From: Schaalia odontolytica
Lineage (GTDB): Bacteria; Actinomycetota; Actinomycetes; Actinomycetales; Actinomycetaceae
Assembly: GCF_005696695.1 (NCBI RefSeq)
Contig: NZ_CP040006.1
Coordinates: 390,001-422,000, forward strand
DNA: 32,000 nucleotides
Direction: 5' to 3'
Below, piece by piece: positions 8,411-16,389 of the stretch (its first letter is position 1; each line of letters starts with the position of its first letter). A program made the position numbers and the translations under genes. The notes beneath the pieces were generated by a model. That model had not been told where the DNA came from, did no database searches, and was given only the letters and a program-made list of their open reading frames with translations.

Positions 8411-9870
8411 TGGCTGATACTACGAAGACTCCTTTCGCCCATGCGCCCGCTTCGCGGCTCGTCGGCGCGTATCTCATCGACCTGCTGGTCCTCGGGGTCC
8501 TGCTTGGTGTGACGTGGTACGTGCACTTCACGGCGTGGACGATCGGAATGATCACTGCCGAGGCCGTGGTTGCCTCCGCGCTCATGCTCGGCGCGTCCGG
8601 CCGGACGCCGGGCATGGCCCTCATGCGCGTGTGCATGATCCGCGACGAGGAAGACGCGCAGACTCCGTCGCTCGGCGCGGCGCTGGGCTACACGGCCCTC
8701 GCTGTGCTCCTCCAGGTCACCGTCGTGGGCCTGCTCGCCTCGTATGCGATGGTCCACGATGGGCGTACGTGGCTGAGCGGCCCCACCCGTACCCGCTTTG
8801 TCGACCTGCGCAAGCATGCGGCGCTCGCGGCGGGCCCCGGTGAGGTCGAGCGCGCCGAGCGTCCGCACATGGCCCCCAGTGGTTTTGAGAGCGTGCATGA
8901 GGGGGTTGACCAGTGGAGCGCTCCCGCTGCGCCGTTGACGCCCGTGCCCTCCTCGGCGCCGGACTATTCCGCGCCCGGTCAGCGTGCGAACGACCCCTTT
9001 GGGACGGGTTACAGCGCTCCTGCGGTCCCGGCGGTCTCCCCGCTGCCTGCGGCCCCCGCCATGCCGGCGGCGCCCAGTGCGCCAGCCGTGCCCAGCACGC
9101 CTGCTGCGCCCGGACTGTCCGCTGCGCCTTCGGCTCCCGCTGTGCCCGCCGCGCGCGAGTCCAACGAGTTCGAGGCGCTCCTCGCGCCGCCACAGGGAAC
9201 GCCGGACACCCACCGCCCCGCGCCCCAGCGCCCCGCGACACCGTCCGTGCCCGCGGTACCTCCGGTGCCCAGCGTGCCCGCCTCGTCGACGCCTGCCGCG
9301 CCCGCGCAGGTTCCCGCCCAGGCCAGCTGGGGAGCTCCCGCTCAGCAGGTGCCCCCTCAGCCCGGCCAGGCCTCGTACAACGCAGGAGGGCAGTATGCGG
9401 CCCCCGCATCGGGTGTGCCCGGACCTCCGCCGAGCCGCCGCGACGTGCAGGCTGCGCAGCGCTCCGGCACCTCCCAGTGGGGTGGGGCCGGCCAGTCCCA
9501 GTGGGGTGCACCCGCGACGCCGCCGCGCACGCAGCTCCTGTGGCTCATCTTCGACTCCGGGCAGCGCGAGCTCATCGACATGCCGGTGACTCTTGGGCGT
9601 GCACCCGCAGCCGTCGAGGGCTCGCGTGCGGTCGTCGTGCCCGACGCGACGATGTCGCTCTCGCGCACGCACATGCGCCTGGGGCCCACGGCCACCGGTG
9701 CCTGGATCGAAGACTCCTTCTCCGCGAACGGCACGCAGATTCGTACGCCCGATGGCCGCGTCATGGAACTGACGGGCGGACAGGCGGTCGAGGTGCCTGC
9801 CGGTACCGAGGTCATCATGGGAGACCGGAGGGCCACGATCGTCTACGCCGACGCTGACTCGGTGCACTGA
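8410..9870 (+). CDS. Membrane protein with an N-terminal RDD domain, a ~220-aa Pro/Ala-rich linker and a C-terminal FHA domain
   Basis: The ATG at 8410 overlaps the TAA of the preceding gene (TAATG). RDD-like region: SRLVGAYLIDLLVLGVLLGV...GRTPGMALMRVCMIRDEED, with 3 hydrophobic segments. FHA signature: VTLGRAP...LSRTHMRL...SANGTQIRTPDG (GR, SRxH and NGT motifs). The track ORF start at 8263 lies inside the upstream gene and was rejected. Confidence 0.85.
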   Translation: MADTTKTPFAHAPASRLVGAYLIDLLVLGVLLGVTWYVHFTAWTIGMITAEAVVASALMLGASGRTPGMALMRVCMIRDEEDAQTPSLGAALGYTALAVLLQVTVVGLLASYAMVHDGRTWLSGPTRTRFVDLRKHAALAAGPGEVERAERPHMAPSGFESVHEGVDQWSAPAAPLTPVPSSAPDYSAPGQRANDPFGTGYSAPAVPAVSPLPAAPAMPAAPSAPAVPSTPAAPGLSAAPSAPAVPAARESNEFEALLAPPQGTPDTHRPAPQRPATPSVPAVPPVPSVPASSTPAAPAQVPAQASWGAPAQQVPPQPGQASYNAGGQYAAPASGVPGPPPSRRDVQAAQRSGTSQWGGAGQSQWGAPATPPRTQLLWLIFDSGQRELIDMPVTLGRAPAAVEGSRAVVVPDATMSLSRTHMRLGPTATGAWIEDSFSANGTQIRTPDGRVMELTGGQAVEVPAGTEVIMGDRRATIVYADADSVH

Positions 9871-9902
9871 TTTCCTCGCCTGGCCGATCCTTCGAAGAGT
9901 CA

Positions 9903-9937
9903 CCGCCGCCGTCCCGATAGGGGCGGCGGCGGTTTTG
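9903..9937 (+). terminator. Rho-independent terminator after the RDD-FHA gene
   Basis: Stem CCGCCGCCGTCCC, loop GATA, stem GGGGCGGCGGCGG, followed by TTTTG. Confidence 0.6.
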
Positions 9938-10004
9938 TAGGTGCTCGCTCCCACCCCGATTTAACCGAATGGGAAATTCTTGTGGATGGAGGCGGGGCAA
10001 AGCG

Positions 10005-10042
10005 GCAGTCGGTCGATTCCGGGTGTGGAATCGACCGACTGC
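10005..10042. terminator. Perfect 16-bp inverted repeat (hairpin) between the convergent operons
   Basis: GCAGTCGGTCGATTCC, then gggtgt, then GGAATCGACCGACTGC. The arms are perfectly complementary. No clear U-tract follows on either strand. Confidence 0.4.
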
Positions 10043-10050
10043 GGCTACGG

Positions 10051-10077
10051 AAAAGGGCCGCCCCAATGGGGCGACCC
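10051..10077 (-). terminator. Rho-independent terminator of the esx gene pair
   Basis: The minus strand reads GGGTCGCCCC-attg-GGGCGGCCC followed by TTTT, about 30 nt after the stop of the second esx gene. Confidence 0.6.
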
Positions 10078-10104
10078 CTCCCGTAGCGCTAGGCGCTCAT
10101 GCTC

Positions 10105-10386
10105 TCAGAAGCGGGCAGCGTTGGACTGGTCCGTCGACTGGTAGTTGTCGCGAGCAGCATCAACGGCGGAGGAGGTGCGGGTCAGCACGTCCTTCAGGCC
10201 CTCAAGGCCCTGGTTCCACTGACGCTGAGCGGCGTCGTAGGCTTCCTGTGTCTTGCCTTCCCAATTCGAGCGCAGCCTGTTCAGCGTCTGCTCGAGGTCG
10301 TCGAGGCACTTCTGCAGGTTATCGGCACCGCCTTTGATGTCAGCGGCAGCGGCGTCAAGAGCGCCGTAACTTACCTGGAAATCCAT
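10105..10386 (-). CDS. esxB: WXG100 family protein carrying a C-terminal YxxxD secretion motif (CFP-10/EsxB-like)
   Basis: 93 aa. The WXG motif is WEG (RLRSNWEGKTQEAYDAAQRQW). The C-terminus is DNYQSTDQSNAARF, which contains Y-x-x-x-D. AGGAG lies upstream. The A versus B assignment is tentative. Confidence 0.85.
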   Translation of the reverse strand: MDFQVSYGALDAAAADIKGGADNLQKCLDDLEQTLNRLRSNWEGKTQEAYDAAQRQWNQGLEGLKDVLTRTSSAVDAARDNYQSTDQSNAARF

Positions 10387-10408
10387 GTCAGTCTCCTAAT
10401 CTAATCTC

Positions 10409-10714
10409 TCACAGGCCGCCGAGCAGCTGGGAGAACGAGTTCTTGGTCTCGGACTCGTTGTCTGTCATCGACGAATCGGTGGCGCGCAGGTTATCAGCGA
10501 GATCCTGAAGAGCCTGGTTAACCTTTCTTACGTTCTCATCCCACTGATCCATCAGCGACTGGAACTGCACCGACGCCTCGCCCTGCCAGGAGCTGCCGAT
10601 GGTCGACAGGTCGCCCTTAAGACGCGTGGTGTGGCCGTCGATGTCGTTCTTGGTGGACTCAACCGCTGCGAAGCCCTCCTTTAGGGCACCTTCTGCGGCC
10701 CTCTGGTCTGCCAT
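10409..10714 (-). CDS. esxA: WXG100 family protein (ESAT-6/EsxA-like)
   Basis: I prefer the start at the ATG at 10714 (MADQRAAEGALKEGF...), with GGAGG 5 nt upstream. 101 aa. The WXG motif is WQG (IGSSWQGEASVQFQSLMDQW). The A versus B assignment is tentative. Confidence 0.85.
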   Translation of the reverse strand: MADQRAAEGALKEGFAAVESTKNDIDGHTTRLKGDLSTIGSSWQGEASVQFQSLMDQWDENVRKVNQALQDLADNLRATDSSMTDNESETKNSFSQLLGGL

Positions 10715-10909
10715 GTGAACCTCCATTTGTATGAGTGGACTCTCTCGCCGGGATGCGTGAGAGCATGGGGACACATGAATACTAACCATGTTTTCATCGT
10801 TTTTTTCGATGTTACGGAAAAATCATGACAAAACCTGACCGAGAATCTAGACTTACAGGGTTGTGTCGTGTAGCCAAAAACCCCATCACGCGGCATTCGG
10901 GAGGACCCA

Positions 10910-12271
10910 ATGGCATCGAAAACATCACGAGGAGTGGCGCTGATTCCGCTCACGATTACGTACGGCGTTGACCGTAGTGACGTGACGCTTCCGCAGTCGA
11001 TCCCCCTGGTGGAGCTGCTCCCTGGAATGGTTGAAACGGTGGGCGCTTTCACTGATCAGCCAACGAATGACGGCTTCGCGGTGCGTACGGCCTCGGGTCG
11101 TCTGCTCGATCAATCCAAGTCCCTGTCCGCCCAGGGAGTGCGCGCCGGCGCGGCGCTCACGCTCGAGCCTCTGGGTGAGGGCGCTGCCGATATGGTCTAT
11201 GACGACCTCACCGAAGCGGTCGGTCAAGTCGTCGAAAGGGTGTCCACTCCTTGGACACGTGAGGACGCTCGCACTCTTGCTGCACTCTCTGCGGCGGGCC
11301 TCGTCTTCGTCGCAGCCCTCCTCCTGGCCACCACTCCTCCGGACGCCCTCACCGCCCTCGATTCTCATTCCGTCACGAGGTACAACGTCATTGCCGGCGC
11401 AATCGGTATCGTCGCGGCGCTGCTCGTGACTGCGACGTCCGCCGTGATGACCCGGAAGTACCCGCAGGCGAGCGGCATCGCGCTGGCACACACCGTCCCC
11501 TTCCTGACGGCCGCATCGGCTCTGCGCCTGAGCCAGAGCCACTGGGACACCGCCGGCTGGGGGTGGACCGGCCTCGGCCTCCTGATCGGCTCCCTCGCCG
11601 TTCTCGCGCTGCCCAAGCGGTACAGAATCTCTATCGCGGCCCCTCTCGTCGTCGGTACGGTTTTGGCCGCGACCGGCCTCCTGGTTCGGCTCGGTCAGCT
11701 CTCTCAGGCGGGTATCTCCGCAATCCTCTTCGCCCTCGTGATTGTGCTTCTCCAGGTCGCGCCCTGGATCGCGCTGGCCCACATCCCCGTGCGCATCCTG
11801 GATGCGGACACGACTGAGCAGATTCCCGCGAAGGGCATCACCGACCAGGTCAGCACCTCCTTCGTGTTCGTCGTCGCTCTGCGCGCCGGCGGGGCAATCG
11901 CCGCTCTCTTCCTGGCCGTCGCCCTGATGACGGCACCCGAAACGCGGTCGATCTCCCTGCCGCTGACCCTCATCGTGCTCGGTGCGGTCTCCCTCGTTCT
12001 CCAGACGCGTTCCATCCGCGCTCGTGTTGAGGTGCTTCTCGGTGCTCTCACCGGCCTGATCGTGATTCTCGTGGCCACTGTGCTCGGCGCCTACGCGGAC
12101 CCGAGGACCATGCCGTGGCTGACGCTGTCGGCAATCGCGACCGCCCTCGTCCTCGTCATCACGAACGTCGTCGGGCCTCGTGCACGCCCGCACCTGACGC
12201 GCATCGCCGACACGATCTCGGTGCTGTCGCTGTTTGTTCTGCTTCCCCTGGCCGTCTACCTGTGGAGCTGA
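10910..12271 (+). CDS. eccD: Type VII secretion integral membrane protein EccD
   Basis: 453 aa. The N-terminal ubiquitin-like domain has the typical pattern (LTITYGVDRSDVTLPQSIPLVELLPGMVETVG...SGRLLDQSKSLSAQGVRAGAALTLEPL). About 11 TM helices follow. GGGAGG lies upstream of the ATG. Confidence 0.9.
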   Translation: MASKTSRGVALIPLTITYGVDRSDVTLPQSIPLVELLPGMVETVGAFTDQPTNDGFAVRTASGRLLDQSKSLSAQGVRAGAALTLEPLGEGAADMVYDDLTEAVGQVVERVSTPWTREDARTLAALSAAGLVFVAALLLATTPPDALTALDSHSVTRYNVIAGAIGIVAALLVTATSAVMTRKYPQASGIALAHTVPFLTAASALRLSQSHWDTAGWGWTGLGLLIGSLAVLALPKRYRISIAAPLVVGTVLAATGLLVRLGQLSQAGISAILFALVIVLLQVAPWIALAHIPVRILDADTTEQIPAKGITDQVSTSFVFVVALRAGGAIAALFLAVALMTAPETRSISLPLTLIVLGAVSLVLQTRSIRARVEVLLGALTGLIVILVATVLGAYADPRTMPWLTLSAIATALVLVITNVVGPRARPHLTRIADTISVLSLFVLLPLAVYLWS

Positions 12272-12274
12272 GCC

Positions 12275-13729
12275 ATGCCGTCGAGTAAAGACATCCTCGA
12301 AGCCCAGCGTTTTAATCGAAACCGCCTGATCACGGCCTTCACCTCCGGCACGCCCGACGGGCGCGAGGTCGACACGCCCTCGCCCGTGCGCCCCCTTATT
12401 TTCGGGCTCGTGGTCGCCGTTATTCTCAGCGTGGTGGGAATCGGCATGCGCGTTTTTGCGCCGAACCCGAAACTCGGGGAGGCGCAGTATCAGCTGGTTG
12501 ACGTCAAGGGGACGGGTGCCCGCTATTTCTGGGCAAACGGCGTCCTCCATCCCATCGCGAACGTGACCACCGCTAGGCTCCTCAGCCCCGAATCGAAGCT
12601 GACGACCATCCAGGCATCAGCGTCGTCACTCGAGAACATTCCGCGCGGCGCCCAGATCGGCCTGCCCGACGTCCCCGATGACGTGCCAGTACCCGACATG
12701 CTGAGTAAGCAGTGGCTCTCCTGCGACATGGAGTCCGGATACCACACGTGGATCGCCAAGGAACTGCCTGTGGCGAATTTTCCGGTGAAGCAGGCGACAT
12801 CCGCGCTCGTTCAGGCGACCGGCAGCGGAGACAAGTACTTCGTCGATCGGGAAAAAGGCAAGAAGTACTACATCGACTCCAGCGTAAGCCGCCTGGGTGA
12901 CTGGGCGCTGTCCTTCCAGAACCTCACCAGCTACCCGATCACCGTCGAACCCGAGTGGCTCGACCTCTTCCCTTCGGGCACGCCTCTGCGCCCCTGGAGC
13001 TACAACGACATTGAGAACGCGGGGCAGCCGGCCAAGAACCTGCCCGGTGACTTGAAGAACGAGGGCATCACCATCGGAATGGTCCTCGACCAGGTCGACT
13101 CCACCGGTCAGGTCAAAAACTCCTACCTGGTGATCGACGACTCGAATCTGGTGGTCTTCAACTCGACTGCGGCGCGCCTGTATCAGGACGCCCCGCCCTC
13201 GAAGAAGTTCCCCACCGAGATGTTCAAGTACGTCGAGCCCGTCCAGGCCGTCTTCGTCGGTGACGATTGGCCTGCCGTCGAGGACTTTGAATCGCCCGAG
13301 TGGTTCAACGAGAGCCGCGACGCGGCCAGCCGGACGGTCCTGTGCGCCGCGATGGACACCACTGATCGCGCTAATCCGACGTTCGACCTGGTCACCATGC
13401 CTGAAAAGCGTGCGATCGAAGCGTCCTACGATGCGGAATCTCTACAGTCCCCGAAGGGGCCGTCGACGACGCGCAACGTCACTGTCGCGGGCGGATCTGG
13501 CGCCCTCCTTGCCCTCACGTCCGGCGGTGGTGGCGAGGCCGCGTCCTACGTCTTCATCTCCGATATGGGCTTCCGCCACTCCCTCGGCGATGTCCCCTCC
13601 GTCTCCATGAATGCCCTCGGCTGGAGCGCCTCTGAGGCCGCGTCGGTCCCGCGCGCGTGGGGCGAGCTCATCCCGCCGGGTTCCGAGATGTCGCCGAAGG
13701 CCGCCGCCACCTCAGTGGGGATCAAGTGA
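12275..13729 (+). CDS. eccB: Type VII secretion protein EccB
   Basis: 484 aa. N-terminus KDILEAQRFNRNRLITAF, then a single TM (IFGLVVAVILSVVGIGM), then a large extracytoplasmic domain containing IPRGAQIGLPDVPDDVP. These match the EccB pattern. The gene starts 3 nt after the eccD stop. Confidence 0.9.
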   Translation: MPSSKDILEAQRFNRNRLITAFTSGTPDGREVDTPSPVRPLIFGLVVAVILSVVGIGMRVFAPNPKLGEAQYQLVDVKGTGARYFWANGVLHPIANVTTARLLSPESKLTTIQASASSLENIPRGAQIGLPDVPDDVPVPDMLSKQWLSCDMESGYHTWIAKELPVANFPVKQATSALVQATGSGDKYFVDREKGKKYYIDSSVSRLGDWALSFQNLTSYPITVEPEWLDLFPSGTPLRPWSYNDIENAGQPAKNLPGDLKNEGITIGMVLDQVDSTGQVKNSYLVIDDSNLVVFNSTAARLYQDAPPSKKFPTEMFKYVEPVQAVFVGDDWPAVEDFESPEWFNESRDAASRTVLCAAMDTTDRANPTFDLVTMPEKRAIEASYDAESLQSPKGPSTTRNVTVAGGSGALLALTSGGGGEAASYVFISDMGFRHSLGDVPSVSMNALGWSASEAASVPRAWGELIPPGSEMSPKAAATSVGIK

Positions 13730-15144
13730 GCGCCCGCCGCACGCGTTCCCGCTTCCTGGGCCGAGGCCTCGTCGGGGCCTCGCTGATCGCTGGACTCGCG
13801 CTCGTGCCGATTGCCGCACCGGTTGTCTCGCCTGATGACTCCGGTGCGTTCGGTCCTGGCGTCGCTCACGCTGACCCGGTGCCGACCCCGAGCGTGCGTC
13901 CGACTCCGACTGCGACTCCCTCGTCGTCGGCGACGACGCCCGCGAGCGAGTCCGAGGGCGGCGAATGCTCGCAAAACTCGCCCTCGTACATCAAGCAAGC
14001 ACCCGCCATCTTCGACGCCGTCGGGGTACGTCGAGCCTGGGAGGTCTCGCGAGGCCGTGGCGTCACGGTCGCGATCGTTGACTCGGGCGTCGCCGCTGGC
14101 AATCAGCACTTCCAGGGCCCGGACGGGTCCGTCGTGCTGCCCGGCATTGACCTGAGCGGTGAAAACACCGACGGGCGCGTCGACGTCGGCGAACACGGCA
14201 CGGCCATCGCCGGTGCGATCGCCGCGCAGGAGCTGCCTAAGGAGATGGGATCCGGCCTCGTCGGCGTCGCCCCCGAGGCGAAGATCCTCCCGGTGCGCGT
14301 TGACACCGGGCTTCAGGACAATCGCCCGCACAAGGAAGGCGAAGAGACCTTCATGTCGAAGGTGGGCCGCGGGATCCAGTGGGCCGCCGACCATGGCGCG
14401 CAGATCATCGTCGTCGCACAGTCTGCTCCCGAGGGGGACCCCCAGCTGGAGGCAGCCATTAACGCCGTGCGCGGCCGGGCCCTCGTCGTGGCATCGACCG
14501 GCAACGTGTACCAGGGACAGGAAGCGAATCAGGTCGTCTACCCGGCCGCCTACCCGGGTGTGCTCGGCGTGACCGCCTCGAATGCTGACGGATCGGCCTC
14601 GGACCAGCAGGTGCACGGCGCGCACGTCAAGCTCGCTGTTCCCGCCGGCGTCATCCTCACGACCTGGTTCGATCAGGCCGACTGCCTCGTCGGCGGATAC
14701 GAGGGGGACCAGCCCCTGCCGTCCTCGTCCTACGCGACCGCATACGCGGGCGGCTTCGCGGCCCTCGTGGCCTCGGCCTACCCCGATGAGGGGCCCGACA
14801 TGTGGAAATACCGGCTCGAAGTGACCGCCCTGCGCGGCACGCCCGATCAACGCACCGACGCCCTCGGCTGGGGTGTCGTCGCTCCCTTCGACGCCCTCAC
14901 CTTCACCGATATCGGCACCAGGTTCGGGCCGGAACACCCTAACGCCGCGGAACATCCCGCTCCCGCCCGACCGGCCGTGGCCTCGGCGGACTTGACCTCG
15001 CGCGATAACAACCTGACGATCCGCGCCTACATCGTGTCCGCGATCGCAGTCCTCGGGGCCTCGCTGATCGGAGGTCTCGTGATCCTCTCCCACCTGCGCG
15101 GTAGGCCCGCCGTGGTCGAAGACTCAGAAGAGGACTTGTCGTGA
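13726..15144 (+). CDS. mycP: Mycosin (membrane-anchored subtilisin-like S8 protease) MycP
   Basis: I prefer the start at the GTG at 13726, which overlaps the eccB stop (GTGA). There is a signal peptide (VSARRTRSRFLGRGLVGASLIAGLALVPIAAP). The catalytic motifs are VAIVDSGV (Asp), EHGTAIAG (His) and SSSYATAYAGG (Ser). The C-terminal TM anchor is AYIVSAIAVLGASLIGGLVILSHL. Confidence 0.9.
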   Translation: MSARRTRSRFLGRGLVGASLIAGLALVPIAAPVVSPDDSGAFGPGVAHADPVPTPSVRPTPTATPSSSATTPASESEGGECSQNSPSYIKQAPAIFDAVGVRRAWEVSRGRGVTVAIVDSGVAAGNQHFQGPDGSVVLPGIDLSGENTDGRVDVGEHGTAIAGAIAAQELPKEMGSGLVGVAPEAKILPVRVDTGLQDNRPHKEGEETFMSKVGRGIQWAADHGAQIIVVAQSAPEGDPQLEAAINAVRGRALVVASTGNVYQGQEANQVVYPAAYPGVLGVTASNADGSASDQQVHGAHVKLAVPAGVILTTWFDQADCLVGGYEGDQPLPSSSYATAYAGGFAALVASAYPDEGPDMWKYRLEVTALRGTPDQRTDALGWGVVAPFDALTFTDIGTRFGPEHPNAAEHPAPARPAVASADLTSRDNNLTIRAYIVSAIAVLGASLIGGLVILSHLRGRPAVVEDSEEDLS

Positions 15145-16328
15145 CCACCTGGGTGTCGCGGCGCTGGGCAAAGAGCGTGGGCGTCCTCGCCAGCGCACTC
15201 GCGCTCAGCCTCGGCGCGAGCCTCACCCCCGTTGCGCCGGCTTACGCCGCCGACCCGCCGGTGACCGCTGACAAGCAGGACTACTACAAGTACTACAAGC
15301 TCAAGTCCATCCACGATCAGGGAATCACAGGCAAGGGCGTCACCATCGCGGTCCTGGACGGCGCCGTGAACCCGAACATTCCCGAACTCAGGGGCGCGAA
15401 CATTCAGGATCGGATGCCCTGCGTCAAGGACTCGGCCCCAGAGAATGCGGCACACGGCACCACGGTCGCGCAGATCCTGGTCTCGCCCGAGTTTGGTGTT
15501 GCGCCGGACGCGACGCTCTACACCTATACACTCCCCCTTCATGGTGATGCGTCGAACTGCACGCTCTCCGGCTGGACGGGGGAAGCAGAAAACGACACGC
15601 CTCTCCTCATCGAGCAAGCGATCAACGACGGCGCCAACATCATCACCATCTCCAGTAACTTTGGCGATAATTCCATCGACCTTCGATGGGCCATGGCCAG
15701 GGCCATGGCCGCGGGAGTCATCGTCGTGGCCGCGATGGGCAACGAGACTACCGAGGACCCCGATGATGCGCTGGCTATCTGGACGGGAATCTGCGGCATC
15801 GGAGCAACGCTGCATGATGGCAGCCTGACGGAGTACACGAACTGGGGCAACGGGTTGTTGACGACCGCCCTGGGAACAGTCGTGACGCGTGACACCTCGA
15901 CCGGTCGTGTCGAGGAAGCTGACGGAACGTCCTTTGCGACCCCGATTATCGCCGGCTTTTTGGCGCTCGGCTGGCAGCACTTCGACGAGGACGTGAGCGC
16001 AGGTCAGATGCTTCAAGCGCTGGCTGCAACGGGGAGAAGCGGAAACGAGTGGAACAAGTTCACCGGCTACGGCCCCGCCGACCCGATCGCGTTCCTCCGG
16101 TCAGACCCGTCGCAGTATACGGACGAGAATCCGTGCGTTCCGCAGGACAACAGGTCTTTGCCAACGAGGGATGATGTCATCGACTACATGGACGGCGTCG
16201 TCAACCCCATTCTGATTCGTAATGATGATGTCTACGTCTACCGCGGCGTGAACGAAGAGGCTGCCCTCAGCCGCGAACACGGCTACCCGACACACATCGG
16301 CACCAGCCCCCGGTACCACAGTCAGTGA
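15141..16328 (+). CDS. Secreted S8 subtilase, mycosin-adjacent paralogue 1, no C-terminal TM anchor
   Basis: The GTG at 15141 overlaps the mycP stop (GTGA). The signal peptide ends ...PVAPAYA. Triad motifs are IAVLDGAV, AAHGTTVAQ and DGTSFATP. The C-terminal tail is NDDVYVYRGVNEEAALSREHGYPTHIGTSPRYHSQ. Confidence 0.85.
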   Translation: MTTWVSRRWAKSVGVLASALALSLGASLTPVAPAYAADPPVTADKQDYYKYYKLKSIHDQGITGKGVTIAVLDGAVNPNIPELRGANIQDRMPCVKDSAPENAAHGTTVAQILVSPEFGVAPDATLYTYTLPLHGDASNCTLSGWTGEAENDTPLLIEQAINDGANIITISSNFGDNSIDLRWAMARAMAAGVIVVAAMGNETTEDPDDALAIWTGICGIGATLHDGSLTEYTNWGNGLLTTALGTVVTRDTSTGRVEEADGTSFATPIIAGFLALGWQHFDEDVSAGQMLQALAATGRSGNEWNKFTGYGPADPIAFLRSDPSQYTDENPCVPQDNRSLPTRDDVIDYMDGVVNPILIRNDDVYVYRGVNEEAALSREHGYPTHIGTSPRYHSQ

Positions 16329-16389
16329 CGGGCCTCGGCTTTCCTGCGAGCCCGAGTGCCTGAGCGCCCGAACGAAAGGAACAGACACA

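Noticed and set aside
7855-9954. 699-aa minus-strand ORF opposite the EccD-like and RDD-FHA genes
   Set aside because: It is extremely Arg/Gly-rich with no domains. The plus-strand frames carry TM helices, RDD and FHA signatures and have proper RBSs.
10925-12550. 541-aa minus-strand ORF opposite eccD and eccB
   Set aside because: It is an Arg/Asp/Gly-rich shadow frame. The plus-strand frames give canonical EccD and EccB features.
13546-15093. 515-aa minus-strand ORF opposite mycP
   Set aside because: It is a shadow frame. The plus strand encodes a complete subtilase catalytic triad and a TM anchor.
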